From Camelus dromedarius (Eukaryota), in NCBI RefSeq assembly GCF_036321535.1, contig NC_087437.1, positions 12,278,001 through 12,342,000 on the forward strand: 64,000 bases of DNA, read 5' to 3'. The position numbers and the translations under genes were made by a program. Shown one piece after another: positions 1 through 9,761 of this stretch. The notes below the pieces were generated by a model. That model saw nothing but the letters and a program-made list of their open reading frames with translations. It made no database searches and had not been told where the DNA came from. The first letter of the stretch is position 1, and the number at the start of each line of letters is the position of its first letter.

Positions 1-142
1 TTAACACCTTTTATTGTGGTATGGTTCCTGTAGAGTAAACTACACATATTTCAGATGTACAATTTGATGAGTTTTGATAGATGTACACACCAGATAAACT
101 ACCACCACAATCAAGACAGCTAACATTTCAATCACTTCCCAA
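1..142 (-). mobile_element. Old L1M (L1MB/ME-type) 3' UTR fragment
   Basis: tgtacaatttgatgagttttgatagatgtacac...accaccacaatcaagacag...aacatttcaatcac resembles the antisense L1M 3' end. Confidence 0.7.
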
Positions 143-147
143 GCGGT

Positions 148-521
148 GCAATTTTCAAATTCCTAATTTCTCCCTTCCCACTGCCTTTACACCTGGCAAC
201 CATAAGTTTGCTCTCTATGTCTGTGAGTCTGTACCTGTTCTGTAGATAAGTTGATTTGTGTCCTTTTTTTAAGATACCACATATAAGTGATATCATATGG
301 CATTTTTCTTTCTCTTTCTGGCTTACTTCACTTAGAATGATGATCTCCAGTTCTATCCAAGTTGTTGCAAATGGCATTATTTTATTCTTTTTATGGCTCA
401 GTAGTATTCCATTGTATAAATATATGACATCTTCTTTACCCAGTCATCTGTTGAGGGACATTTGGGTTGTTTCTAGGTCTTGGCTACTATAAATAGTGCT
501 GAACATGCACCCCAATGTTCA
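148..521 (-). mobile_element. Lineage-specific L1 3' fragment with a short 5' inversion; its extreme 3' end is missing
   Basis: Minus ORF MPFATTWIELEIIILSEVSQKEKEKCHMISLICGI is typical of the L1 ORF2 end/3' region. Homologous to the copies at 7113-7646 and 49875-50457. Confidence 0.9.
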
Positions 522-2482
522 CACAGTTACAGTGGATCTTTAATGTGCCCAGTGACCACCTCCTGATGCAGAGGACAGATTCCCATTTCACTCTTCTCAG
601 TGTTCTAAGGGACTCCTTTGACTGCCTTATTCCCTCTAAATGGCTCTGTTCTAGCTTTTTCATTCCCAAATTAAATTAAAAGGAGGTAAGAAATACCTTT
701 TTATTTGGCCAAATTCAAGTCATTCATTATGGCTTCCCCTTGGTTGAAGCTGAACAAAATTTTATCAGTAATACTTCTGAAGAAGACGGTGGATATAAGG
801 AAGCTGCAAAACTACCAGACATGAAAAACGGACTCCTTGGCAGTCGTGTTGCTTTTCTATCAAGAACAGAAGCCAAAGCAACTCACAGGATTCATGCTGA
901 GTTTAGCATTTTTGCTGAAAACAGGTACTTGACTGAATGTATTTGAAAAATTTTAAGTGGCATCACCTGGAACCAATGTCTTAAATTAATAGGGAGGTTT
1001 GAGCTAAACTATGCTGGAAAAAGAAGTGATATGTATGTGGTGTCTGTCAAAGCAAAGATTTCTCCTGCAAGAAATTCTAAATCAGCTGGTGAAATACAAG
1101 AATTTTCTGTCCTCCATCAGAAGAAATTTAAAAATCTGTCTTTTGCTCACTTCTGCTGTTTTGTATGTTAGCCACAACAGCCATGATGCCATTAAATTTC
1201 AATAGGAGGAAACAGGTACAACGTTTTATCCAAAAATTTCATCTGTTTTGTTGCGTGGATTACACTTGAAGGCAGTATTGTGTAAAATTAACACTTCTCA
1301 TCACATTAAAGTGTTCGGCTTCTTGTCGTCTAAGGTGCACTGTACCAAGAGTTCTTTCTCCAACTTGAAGTCTTCAAGAAAGCACATATCAAGCCATCAG
1401 TGCATTAACTAGCATTTCTAATTATCCGGTGTGCCTGTAGGTGCATGGCTAAGGCAGATTAAAGCCCATCTTTATTTTATTTATTAGTAGAAGGCATTTG
1501 ACACACTCCCATGGAATGTCTAGGACAGCAGGTTAAATCTCTTTCTTGTTCAATTTCAGTTTGGAACCATTACTGACTTTCTCTTGCCATATAAGAATAA
1601 CTTAGACATTGAATTAACCTTATCTCATCTGGGGTCTTGAGCGAACCCTTTCATCTTAGTGAAATTGTTCTTTAACTCCCTTCTCATAGAAGGAATTTCA
1701 AGATAAAAAGGGTAAGGAATCACCTATTCTAAGTTTTCCAAACTTATTTGAACACAGGTTATCTTTTTTGTTTTGGTTTTGTGAATTTCTAGAGAAATAT
1801 AGTGAATTAAAAACATGCCTTTTCTGCTGTTCCCTCCCAAATCTTTACTAAAATGATAGTAAGGGGATGTAAAAAGTATAAAGCATCAAAGTTAGCAAGA
1901 ATGGGAGTGATGCTAATTGCAGGCAAGAAAGAAGACAAGAAGATGGAAAGTAGATAGACAGTAGGGAATACATTAGCAAAGTGGCAGAAAGCAGACTGCT
2001 GATGCCCAGAGAAGGAGGTGAAAAGGAGGAGCAGGTAGATACAAGTTGTAGGGTCCTGGACAGTCCTGAGTACAGAGGCACCAGACACCCAGAAAGATGA
2101 AAGTGATACCTAAGATATGAAGATCGGCTGAACTTCTGAACAAGGAGCAGTTAAATCTGCTCCTCTATCCTGGTGATTACTTTAACCTACTCTTGATAGG
2201 AAAGGTAAGTCTATTCTTTGAAGAAACTGAGAAGTTACTGAGTTCTGGATATCAGGCATGAACATAGAGTGGGGAGGTGGTGTTAGACTGAGAACAGGAG
2301 GAAGAAGTGAAAGACTATATATTTAATAGTGAGCCTACCAGCAGCCCCAGCCTCATTGCTCCATTCATCCACCAGGAGTCTTTTCAGTAAGTAAGTCTTT
2401 CCAGTCTTCTCAGGCTTTGGCTTTCCTCCCCATCCTGCACCGAATCTTAGGGGATTTCTCCATGAAGCTACCAAAGAACTTT

Positions 2483-3069
2483 TGGGGTGGGGGGAGTAGC
2501 CTTTGCTCTACCCTTCTGAGTTCTTGGCTAAGACCCTTGTAATAGAAGACAGATTAACAAGAGAAAAACAACAAAAGTTTATTAACATGTATACCTCATG
2601 TATAAATGGGAGATACCCAGAGAAAAATGAGTAACTCTCTGAGGTGGCTGAGGTCCAGAATTAAATACCATATTAATAGGGAAAGGGGAAAGGGTATGTA
2701 GCCTCTTATGGGAGAGTAAATGATTTTTAAGAAAGATAAATGAACCCTTAACAGAATAATGGCAGGTGTGATAGTTTGTGACAAAGTGCGTCTGGGTGTG
2801 TGTTGACTTCTGTCTCCTCTCTTGTGATACGAGTCAATCTCTGCTGGTTGATGAAACTCCCAGGGAAGGGATTTATGACATTCAGGTTCCTTTTGAAGGA
2901 TCTGTCTTTAGGCAGATAAGGAGAGTTAAGAGAAAGCCTCTCCTGATTTTACTGTTTTCCAAGTACCTACAACTCAAAATAATCGATATACCAGAGCAGT
3001 GAACTGTGGGATGGCATGCCCTGAACTCCTACAATCATATTTTGAAGTGGCATATTATGCTACTTTTCA
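2483..3069 (-). mobile_element. Solo LTR, ERV1 class (MER34/MER39-like)
   Basis: Minus strand starts TGAAAAG...aatatgccacttcaaaatatg...gattattttgagttg...tctgcctaaagacag and has an AATAAA(C) near its 3' end, as in MER34/39-type LTRs. Confidence 0.75.
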
Positions 3070-3199
3070 AGCTCCAAATAAAAACCCTATAAATGTAACA
3101 TTTGGGGCCTCCCACAAAGAAACATCCCAGTTTGGTCACTTTTTCATGAAACTCACCCATTTGACAAAGTTTGCTCATGAAAACAGACCTTGTAATAAG

Positions 3200-4075
3200 T
3201 TTTCCCTTTTAGATACAAATGGACGGTGTAAGAATTGAGCAGACAATACGATTGAGAAATGAATGTAGTACGCATTAAAAAAAATAAAACAACAGAGGAA
3301 AAGTAAAAAATATAGTCAATGTAGAGAGCAGAATAAAACATTAAAAAGAACTATTTTAATACTGTAAAAGGTATTCAGAAAAGATAAGGCATTCATGACC
3401 AAAAAAATTAGATGTAAAAAGAAGGGAAAAACAAAACAAGACAAAAAATAATAAACAAAGGAGAAAAAACAAGAAAAATTCTTGGACTTTAAAAATATGG
3501 TTAGAACAAATGGATGAAGAAGTAGAATATGAAATAAAATAAAATAAAATGAGAGAATTAATTCAGAAGGCCCACTATCTAAATAATAAGACTCTCAAAT
3601 GGAGATAACAAAATATATGTTAAAGAAAATATTCTTAAATGAAGCATAAAATGAAATTTTCCCTAACAGAAGGACATGGGTCATCAGATTGAAGACTTCT
3701 ACCAAGTGCCTAGCACAATGTAGAGAAAAAAAAATCCTTCGGGAATAAAGAGACAATTTTAAGGCTTCTAGAAAAGGAAATGTGTCACATATGAAACATC
3801 TGAAATCAGGACAGCTGTAGAAATTTCCAAAGCAATGTAAAAAGCTTGGAAAATGATGCAATATACTTAAAATTCTAATTTAAAAATTTATTTTCAATGC
3901 GCAATTTTATACCTAGCCAAACTATCAAAGAAATAAGAAATGTAGTATGAAAATATTTTAATACATGAAAAGACTCAAAACATTTACCTCCCATATGCAC
4001 CATTTCTCAGAAATATCTTGGGAAAACAGCCACCCAGATGAAGAAGTATAGGATCTAAGAAATACAGGCTCAGAA

Positions 4076-4106
<31 letters not shown>

Positions 4107-4670
4107 GAATGTCTTGGTTTGATATCCATGTCCTAGGCTAGGAAAGTACCCAGTCAGCCCTAGAACAGGAGAAGTGTCTCCAGCTGTGGAACTTATGTGT
4201 CATACGACATGTCTGACAAAATTGTCAGAGAGTTGGGAGAGAAGCCACAGATAAAGAGAAAACTAATCAAATTACATAAACAAAGCAATTATCAGCTCCT
4301 GGAAAAACAAGAAACTTTACAGTACTGTAAATATAGTACAACACGTGGCTCAGCTGTAACAAAACAATCCAGTCATAATAATTTAGACATGATAATGTGA
4401 ACAATTTTCATTTTTAAAACTGTGATGAAATTCTGTTAGGAGTAAGAGAGGAGAGACAGTTTTGTGTGGGTGGGGAATAGCCTAAGAGAGCTAGATCGTA
4501 TTTATAGTGGAAACCAATAGAAAATAAAGAAAATTTTACAAAGTTAAAAAAAAATAGTTTAAGTACATTATCTAGAAATGTAAGTAATAGAAAAAAGTCC
4601 AGCTAGAATGGTTTTGAGCGGTTGCTGGTAGGGAGGGGAACTTCAGGCTAGAGAAGATAAGGTTCTGTTT
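3200..4670 (+). mobile_element. HAL1 / old L1M ORF1-like element, decayed; probably continues on the left of the LTR (about 1810-2480)
   Basis: A-rich degenerate ORF1-like sequence with ttttatacctagccaaactatca and aaacatttacctcccat...catttctcag motifs typical of HAL1. Confidence 0.6.
4076..4103. repeat. (AAT)n microsatellite
   Basis: Direct reading. Confidence 0.9.
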
Positions 4671-4684
4671 TTGTTGCCCTGAAA

Positions 4685-4909
4685 TGGGGTCAGCAAGCCT
4701 CAGCCCAGGGGCCAGATTCAGCAGGCTGCCTGTTTTCGTGAATAGTGCTTTGTTGGAACACAGCCACACGCACTTGTTTCTGGATCATCTGTGGCTGCCT
4801 TTGTGCCGCAAGCAGTTGGTGCAAAAGCAGAGTTGAGCGGTTGTGACAGACTGCGTGGCCTGCAATCCAAAATATTTACTTTCTTTACAGAAGAAATTTG
4901 CTAACCTCA
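4685..4909 (+). mobile_element. MER58A-like hAT-Charlie MITE
   Basis: ggggtcagcaa...ttggaacacagccacac...aaaatatttact...tttacagaagaaatttgctaacctc. Confidence 0.85.
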
Positions 4910-4917
4910 TTTTAAAG

Positions 4918-5101
4918 CAGTGGTTCTCAAATTTTAGCTGCGTCAGAATCATCTGGAGGGTTTGTTAGAACACAGATTGCTGGTTCCACCTCAGACTTTC
5001 TAACTCCATACATCTTGGGTGGGGCCTGGAAAATCTGCATTTCCAGCAAGTTTCCAGGCAAGGCTGATACGCTGGTTCAGGGACTCCATTTGAAAACCAG
5101 A
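4918..5101 (+). mobile_element. MER5A hAT-Charlie MITE
   Basis: cagtggttctcaaattttagctgcgtcagaatcatctggaggg...ggggcctggaaaatctgcattt...tttgaaaacca. Confidence 0.85.
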
Positions 5102-6892
5102 TAGGTCCAAAGGAACTATGTGCCTTTTTTAAGAGTCATATGTAAGTATCATGTTTATATAAAATAAATTTCAGATGTTTAGGGATAAATTAGGAGTTTA
5201 GGGTTAACAGATACAAAAAAAGAAAAGAAAAGAGAAGAAAGGATTATGAGCTTGGAAGCTTGCATGCAAATTTAGGCTGAAATACATACCAAACCAAGCT
5301 CCAGAAAATTGTGTGACAAAAAAATGATTAAAATATAGTTTTTAAAAAAAACTTTTTAATTGAATGAAAACAATAACAAATTAAACTGAAGAAAATATAA
5401 TGTGTTGTATTAATAAGATCTCACAGATCCAGGCACAGATGTTAACAGTTCCCGGGACGCCTGCCACTGCTTGGCAAGTATCGTCCAGGTGCCTAGTGGG
5501 GAGACCTTTCGTGCCACCTCCCATTATGCCACTATTTCTCAAAGGCGAATTTGCATCAACTCTGCCAACAGTTATTTTAAAGTCCTTTTTTTTTTATTTT
5601 CTCGTCTAGAATATTACTTTCAGCTTTTTTGTTTCATTTAGTATCTTCTTGTAAAATACTTGTTTTCTGGACGACATAGTTTAAGAGACTTGATTGAAAG
5701 CCTACTCCTCTTAGCTTGACCCCTTTCACAGATTATGAAACTGATACCCAGGCAATCTCATGCGTTATAGATCCAAGACCCCCTGACCCAGCCCCCACTT
5801 CCTTCCCCTCTGCCACCACAGCTCCTGTTTGCATTGCCTCAGGTGGTGAGGGAAAAAACCCCGAATGAGCCCACACTTAAATCAGGCATAAAGAAAAAAG
5901 CCCTGCTAATACCAGTGACCGTCTTTTTTTCCTAAAAGCCTGAAACAAAGGAAATTCTCTGCTTCCAGGAATAGCCTTAATCAGTCACATATGTGAACAG
6001 AGACCCAGTGACTGTTCAGACAATTTTCCACCAACATAACAGGATTTTCCTGGCACATTGATTTTTTTTTCCTTTGTCTAATATTAAGTAGTGGGGTTTT
6101 TGTTTGTTTGTTTGTTTTCTATTTTTTTTTTTAAGATACGAGGTAGAATACCAGACTTTTCAAACCAGGCAGGCAGGATGCCGAAAATGTGCGGTGTTTG
6201 AAAGCAAAGAGAAATGAAGGATTATTGAGGATAGAAATAGTCCCTGGTTGGTAAAAACAAACAAACAGCTTTAAAAATCTAAGAATTGTGCCCTGCGGGG
6301 GTGGGTTTGCTGAACTGTCAGCTTCACCAGTTAATGAGGTAGTTTGTCTAATGGAGATAGAAAAGACCATTTGTAACAACACTGGGCTTTGTGTGTGTGA
6401 TTTAAAAATCAAATTGAGTGGAAATGCAGCAAATACTAAATGGCATTGTTTATTTTCTAATTAATTTACTACAAACTACAAAGTAAAGCATTAAATGTAT
6501 CAGATGGTCTGTGATTTTTAGAAGACAAAGCCTTGAAAACATTTCACTTCTCATAGTCCATTTACTTTCTTTTCATCAGAGAAACAAGTTGCGGTTTGAA
6601 TTTCAAAAAGACATTGATATTTGAGGGGGTCATCACTTTTGGAGTTAAGCATGTTACATAAGTCATCCAGGAACGTCGTCTCCTTCCTAAGGCTCAGCAG
6701 CGTCCTGGGAAGCCTGGGACCACGTGGCCTCCCTGTTGATGACATTCATGTTTAATACCAGCAGACCAGGGACTCGAGGCTCTGGGGAGAAGGTCATCTA
6801 AGTGAGGACAGCTTCTCCTGTCACAACTGCTCATGGACTTTTTGCTCTGTAGGGACAATTAGGACAACGCAGGCACTCAGTGTACATACTAC

Positions 6893-7092
6893 CGCGTGGC
6901 ACAGGGGAAAGAGCCGAGGTGGTAGAACCAGCTAGACCTAGATGCAGATTCTCTCTTAGCCACAGGCTGATTCAGTGACCTCACTGAGACTTGGTTTTCT
7001 TATCTGGAAAATGAGGATCGTAACAACTGCCTTCTAGGACTGTTCTATGAGCTAGAACTTAGAGGTCATAAGTGAAGTGCCTGATATATGGT
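6893..7092 (+). mobile_element. MIR SINE
   Basis: Core-like gtgacctcactgagacttggttttcttatctggaaaatgaggat. Confidence 0.65.
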
Positions 7093-7112
7093 TAAAAAAA
7101 AAAAGGAAGTTA

Positions 7113-7646
7113 TTTATTAAAGTATAGTTGATTTATAATATTTCAGGTGTACAGCAAAGTGATTCAGTTATATATATGATAGATATATATACATATATAT
7201 ATAAATTCTTTTTCTTTATAGGTTATTTTGAGATAATGAATGTAGTTCCCTGTTTTATATAGTATAAACTTGTTGCTTATCTGTTTTGTATATAGTAGTG
7301 TGTATCTGTTAATCCCAAATTCCCAATTTATCCCTCCACCCTATTTCCCCTTTGGTAACCTTAAGTTTGTTTTCTATGTCTATGGGTCTCTTTCTGTTGT
7401 ATAAATAGGTTCATTTGTATCATTTTTTTAGATTCCACATATAAGTGATATATGATATTTGTCTTTCTCTGTCTGACTTACTTGACTTAGTATGACAATG
7501 TCCGGATCCATCCATGTTGCCGCAAATGGTATTATTTTGTTCTTTTTTATGGCTGAGTAGTATTCCGTTGTATAAATATACCACAACTTCTTTACCCAGT
7601 CATCTGTCAATGGACATTTAGGTTGCTTCCATGTCTTGGCTATTGT
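7113..7646 (-). mobile_element. 5'-truncated L1 with 12-bp TSD
   Basis: Minus ORF MTDDWVKKLWYIYTTEYYSAIKKNKIIPFAATWMD... (L1 ORF2 C-terminus). Direct repeat AAAAGGAAGTTA at 7101-7112 and 7647-7658. Confidence 0.92.
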
Positions 7647-7914
7647 AAAAGGAAGTTACTATTGACTAGAACATTTTAGAGTTTGCAGAAACCAAACTGA
7701 GAAGTCAGTAAGCCTCAATGAGTCTTTATTCTCAGCTTTACCTATACCCCACCTTTACCTTTTTTCATGACAAAAGTTTTAGTCCTAATGTTCTTTTCCC
7801 AGGGTTACTGTGATGTGGCCTCCTCCCTGCCTGGACCCCAAAGCCACTTGTTCAATCCAGCAAGCTTGTTCTCAGAGACATATCATTTCATGGGACAACA
7901 CATACAGTAATGGT

Positions 7915-8150
7915 AGACTTTTGCCTAATGTTTGCTATTTGCCTGTCCCAGGCACTGTTCTTCTCTTGGTATTACCTCATAACCTCATTTAATCCTCACA
8001 ATACCCCCTCTGAAGTAAATTCTATTATTAGCCCCATTTTCCAATAAAAACTGACATATCGAGGGCTAATTGTCCAAGGGGGGCAGAGCCATGATTTGCA
8101 TGTAGGAGGTCTGGCTCTAGAATCTAGAATCGTGTGCTTAACAGCCACTT
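7915..8150 (-). mobile_element. MIR SINE
   Basis: ccaggcactgttct...ctcatttaatcctcacaata...attattagccccattttccaa. Confidence 0.7.
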
Positions 8151-8419
8151 TATGCCAGCCTCAAGATTTTGTTCTTGTTTTGTGCCAGATGGTTTGATAT
8201 TCAGGGCTTGCCATTCAGTGGGCACCAGAGTTTGGGCCTTTTAGTGAACATTGGTCAGTAAGGTCAAGGGGAGCCCATGAAGTCCACTGTCAGCCCACTC
8301 TAGAATCTATTTCAGTATCAAGGAATTCTAGCATCCCTGGGATGTCCTTTATGGGCGACAGGGCAATTGAACCCTCATTAACAACATGAACTCAATTAGG
8401 AGCTGTTAAAACTAGAAAC

Positions 8420-8535
8420 ATCATGAGGGCAGGAGCCACATTAGCATTGTTCCGCACTGTATACCTCTGGCGCCTACATCAGCACTTGGCACATAATAGC
8501 AAGTTAGGATCTGACAGAAGGATGGATAATTGAAC
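8420..8535 (+). mobile_element. L2 3' end fragment
   Basis: catgagggcagga...ttgttccgcactgtatacct...cagcacttggcacataatag. Confidence 0.65.
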
Positions 8536-8832
8536 AGAGACAAGGGGATGATGGTTGTATGGACTAATGGCTGGATGGTGCTCTTACAAGAAAGGTGTAT
8601 ACTGTTTGACAAAAAGGAACTCATATAAAATACTTCACTGATCTTTAATGGCTGTGTCTCTTCCTTACCTTTCATTAGGTTATAGTTTTCTCTCACAATT
8701 ATAGTTATCTTGTTGGGTATGTCATTCCAAATGGCGGCATAAAATCCAAAGTTGGAAAGTCCAAAGTCTTGGGAGCACATCAGTTTGGACAACATCACAC
8801 AATACATTTCTCTAAAAGAAACAAGAAAAAAA

Positions 8833-9130
8833 TTTCATTCACTCGTTCATTCAACAACTGTTAGCTCAGAGTCTATTGCCTGTTAGGTACTCTTAGAGGA
8901 GCTTAAAACATAGCTGTTAACAAAGCAGAGGAAAACTCTGCCCTCCTGTTGAGTACATTCTAACGAGGGAGACAAAAAAAGAAATACTCCCACATGTCAT
9001 GAATGGAGCTGTTTAACTGCCATGGAGAAAAGTTAAGCCGGGTGAGGACTATGGGGAAGGAATGGGTTCGGGGCAGGGGTGCTAGTTAATATCAGATAGC
9101 CAGGGTTATTCTGAAATTAGGTAGAAGTTT
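8833..9130 (-). mobile_element. L2 3' fragment
   Basis: ttcattcactcgttcattcaacaa...ctctgccctcctgttgagtacattcta. Confidence 0.7.
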
Positions 9131-9416
9131 TATTCTATACTAGAATATGAGAATTTAAGAAAACTAAGGTAGTGAGTGCAGGGGAACAAGTGGGAATTGG
9201 GAATCCCAGATTAGTATCAGAGACTTTTTTCATATAATGGTTTGATAAAGAAAAAAATGTTTTTGACTTGTGAGATATATGTATATGTTTTTCTCTTACA
9301 GGATTAGCAGTTCTGGACTTTAAAAGTGATAGCATTTCCCAGCCTCCGACTGAGAAACTGAACCAAAAAGCCATCCTTCCTGTCATCAGCAGAGCAAAAC
9401 GAGAGGTGGAGACACC

Positions 9417-9446
9417 ATGCTGAGAAGAAGCAAGGTCAGGTGCTGA
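9417..9446 (+). promoter_or_regulatory. uORF1 (MLRRSKVRC*) in the RARB 5' UTR
   Basis: ACACC ATG CTG AGA AGA AGC AAG GTC AGG TGC TGA; A at -3. Confidence 0.6.
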
Positions 9447-9537
9447 ACCTTCTTGCTTTTGGCCCAGAGCACGGCTCAGGCTCAGCTCTTGCTCTGAACT
9501 TACCTGCCTGCCCCACTTTGGTTCAAGGCCTGGAGTG

Positions 9538-9573
9538 ATGAGTTCCGGCCCCAAAGCACCTTTCATTCTGTGA
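9538..9573 (+). promoter_or_regulatory. uORF2 (MSSGPKAPFIL*) ending 10 nt before the RARB ATG
   Basis: GTG ATG AGT TCC GGC CCC AAA GCA CCT TTC ATT CTG TGA; G at -3. Confidence 0.6.
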
Positions 9574-9583
9574 GGCCTAAAAC

Positions 9584-9761
9584 ATGACCACCAGCAGCCA
9601 CGCATGTCACGTCCCGGCAGTGAGTGGACACATGACTCACTATCCGGCCGCGCCCTACCCATTGCTCTTCCCGCCGGTCATTGGAGGACTTTCCCTGCCT
9701 CCCCTCCACGGCCTTCACGGCCACCCTCCACCAAGTGGATGCAGTACCCCGTCACCTGCAA
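9584..9761 (+). CDS. RARB: Retinoic acid receptor beta, first coding exon of the RAR-beta1 isoform (N-terminal A region, 59 codons + 1 nt); partial CDS, remaining exons lie outside the window
   Basis: Translation MTTSSHACHVPAVSGHMTHYPAAPYPLLFPPVIGGLSLPPLHGLHGHPPPSGCSTPSPA matches the human RAR-beta1 N-terminus as I recall it (MTTSGHACPVPAVNGHMTHYPATPYPLLFPPVIGGLSLPPLHGLHGHPPPSGCSTPSPA-TIETQ) with about 4 substitutions. ATG has A at -3 and an in-frame TAA at 9578-9580. Similarity stops exactly at the consensus donor GCA A|GTAAGT (GT at 9762-9763, phase 1). CpGs are locally retained. Confidence 0.96.

Larger units (their letters stand above)
9302..9583 (+). other. RARB: 5' UTR portion of the RAR-beta1 first coding exon
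   Basis: Strong acceptor tgtttttctcttacag|G (AG at 9300-9301), followed by 282 nt of non-repetitive sequence up to the ATG. The exon start is inferred from the splice signal only. Confidence 0.75.

Noticed and set aside
740..946. 68-aa ORF (VEAEQNFISNTSEEDGG...) with a possible donor CAG|GTACTT
   Set aside because: Non-ATG start, no recognisable homology and no clear acceptor.
9135..9662. 175-aa minus-strand ORF, the longest in the track
   Set aside because: Antisense shadow of the RARB exon/UTR with no recognisable protein.
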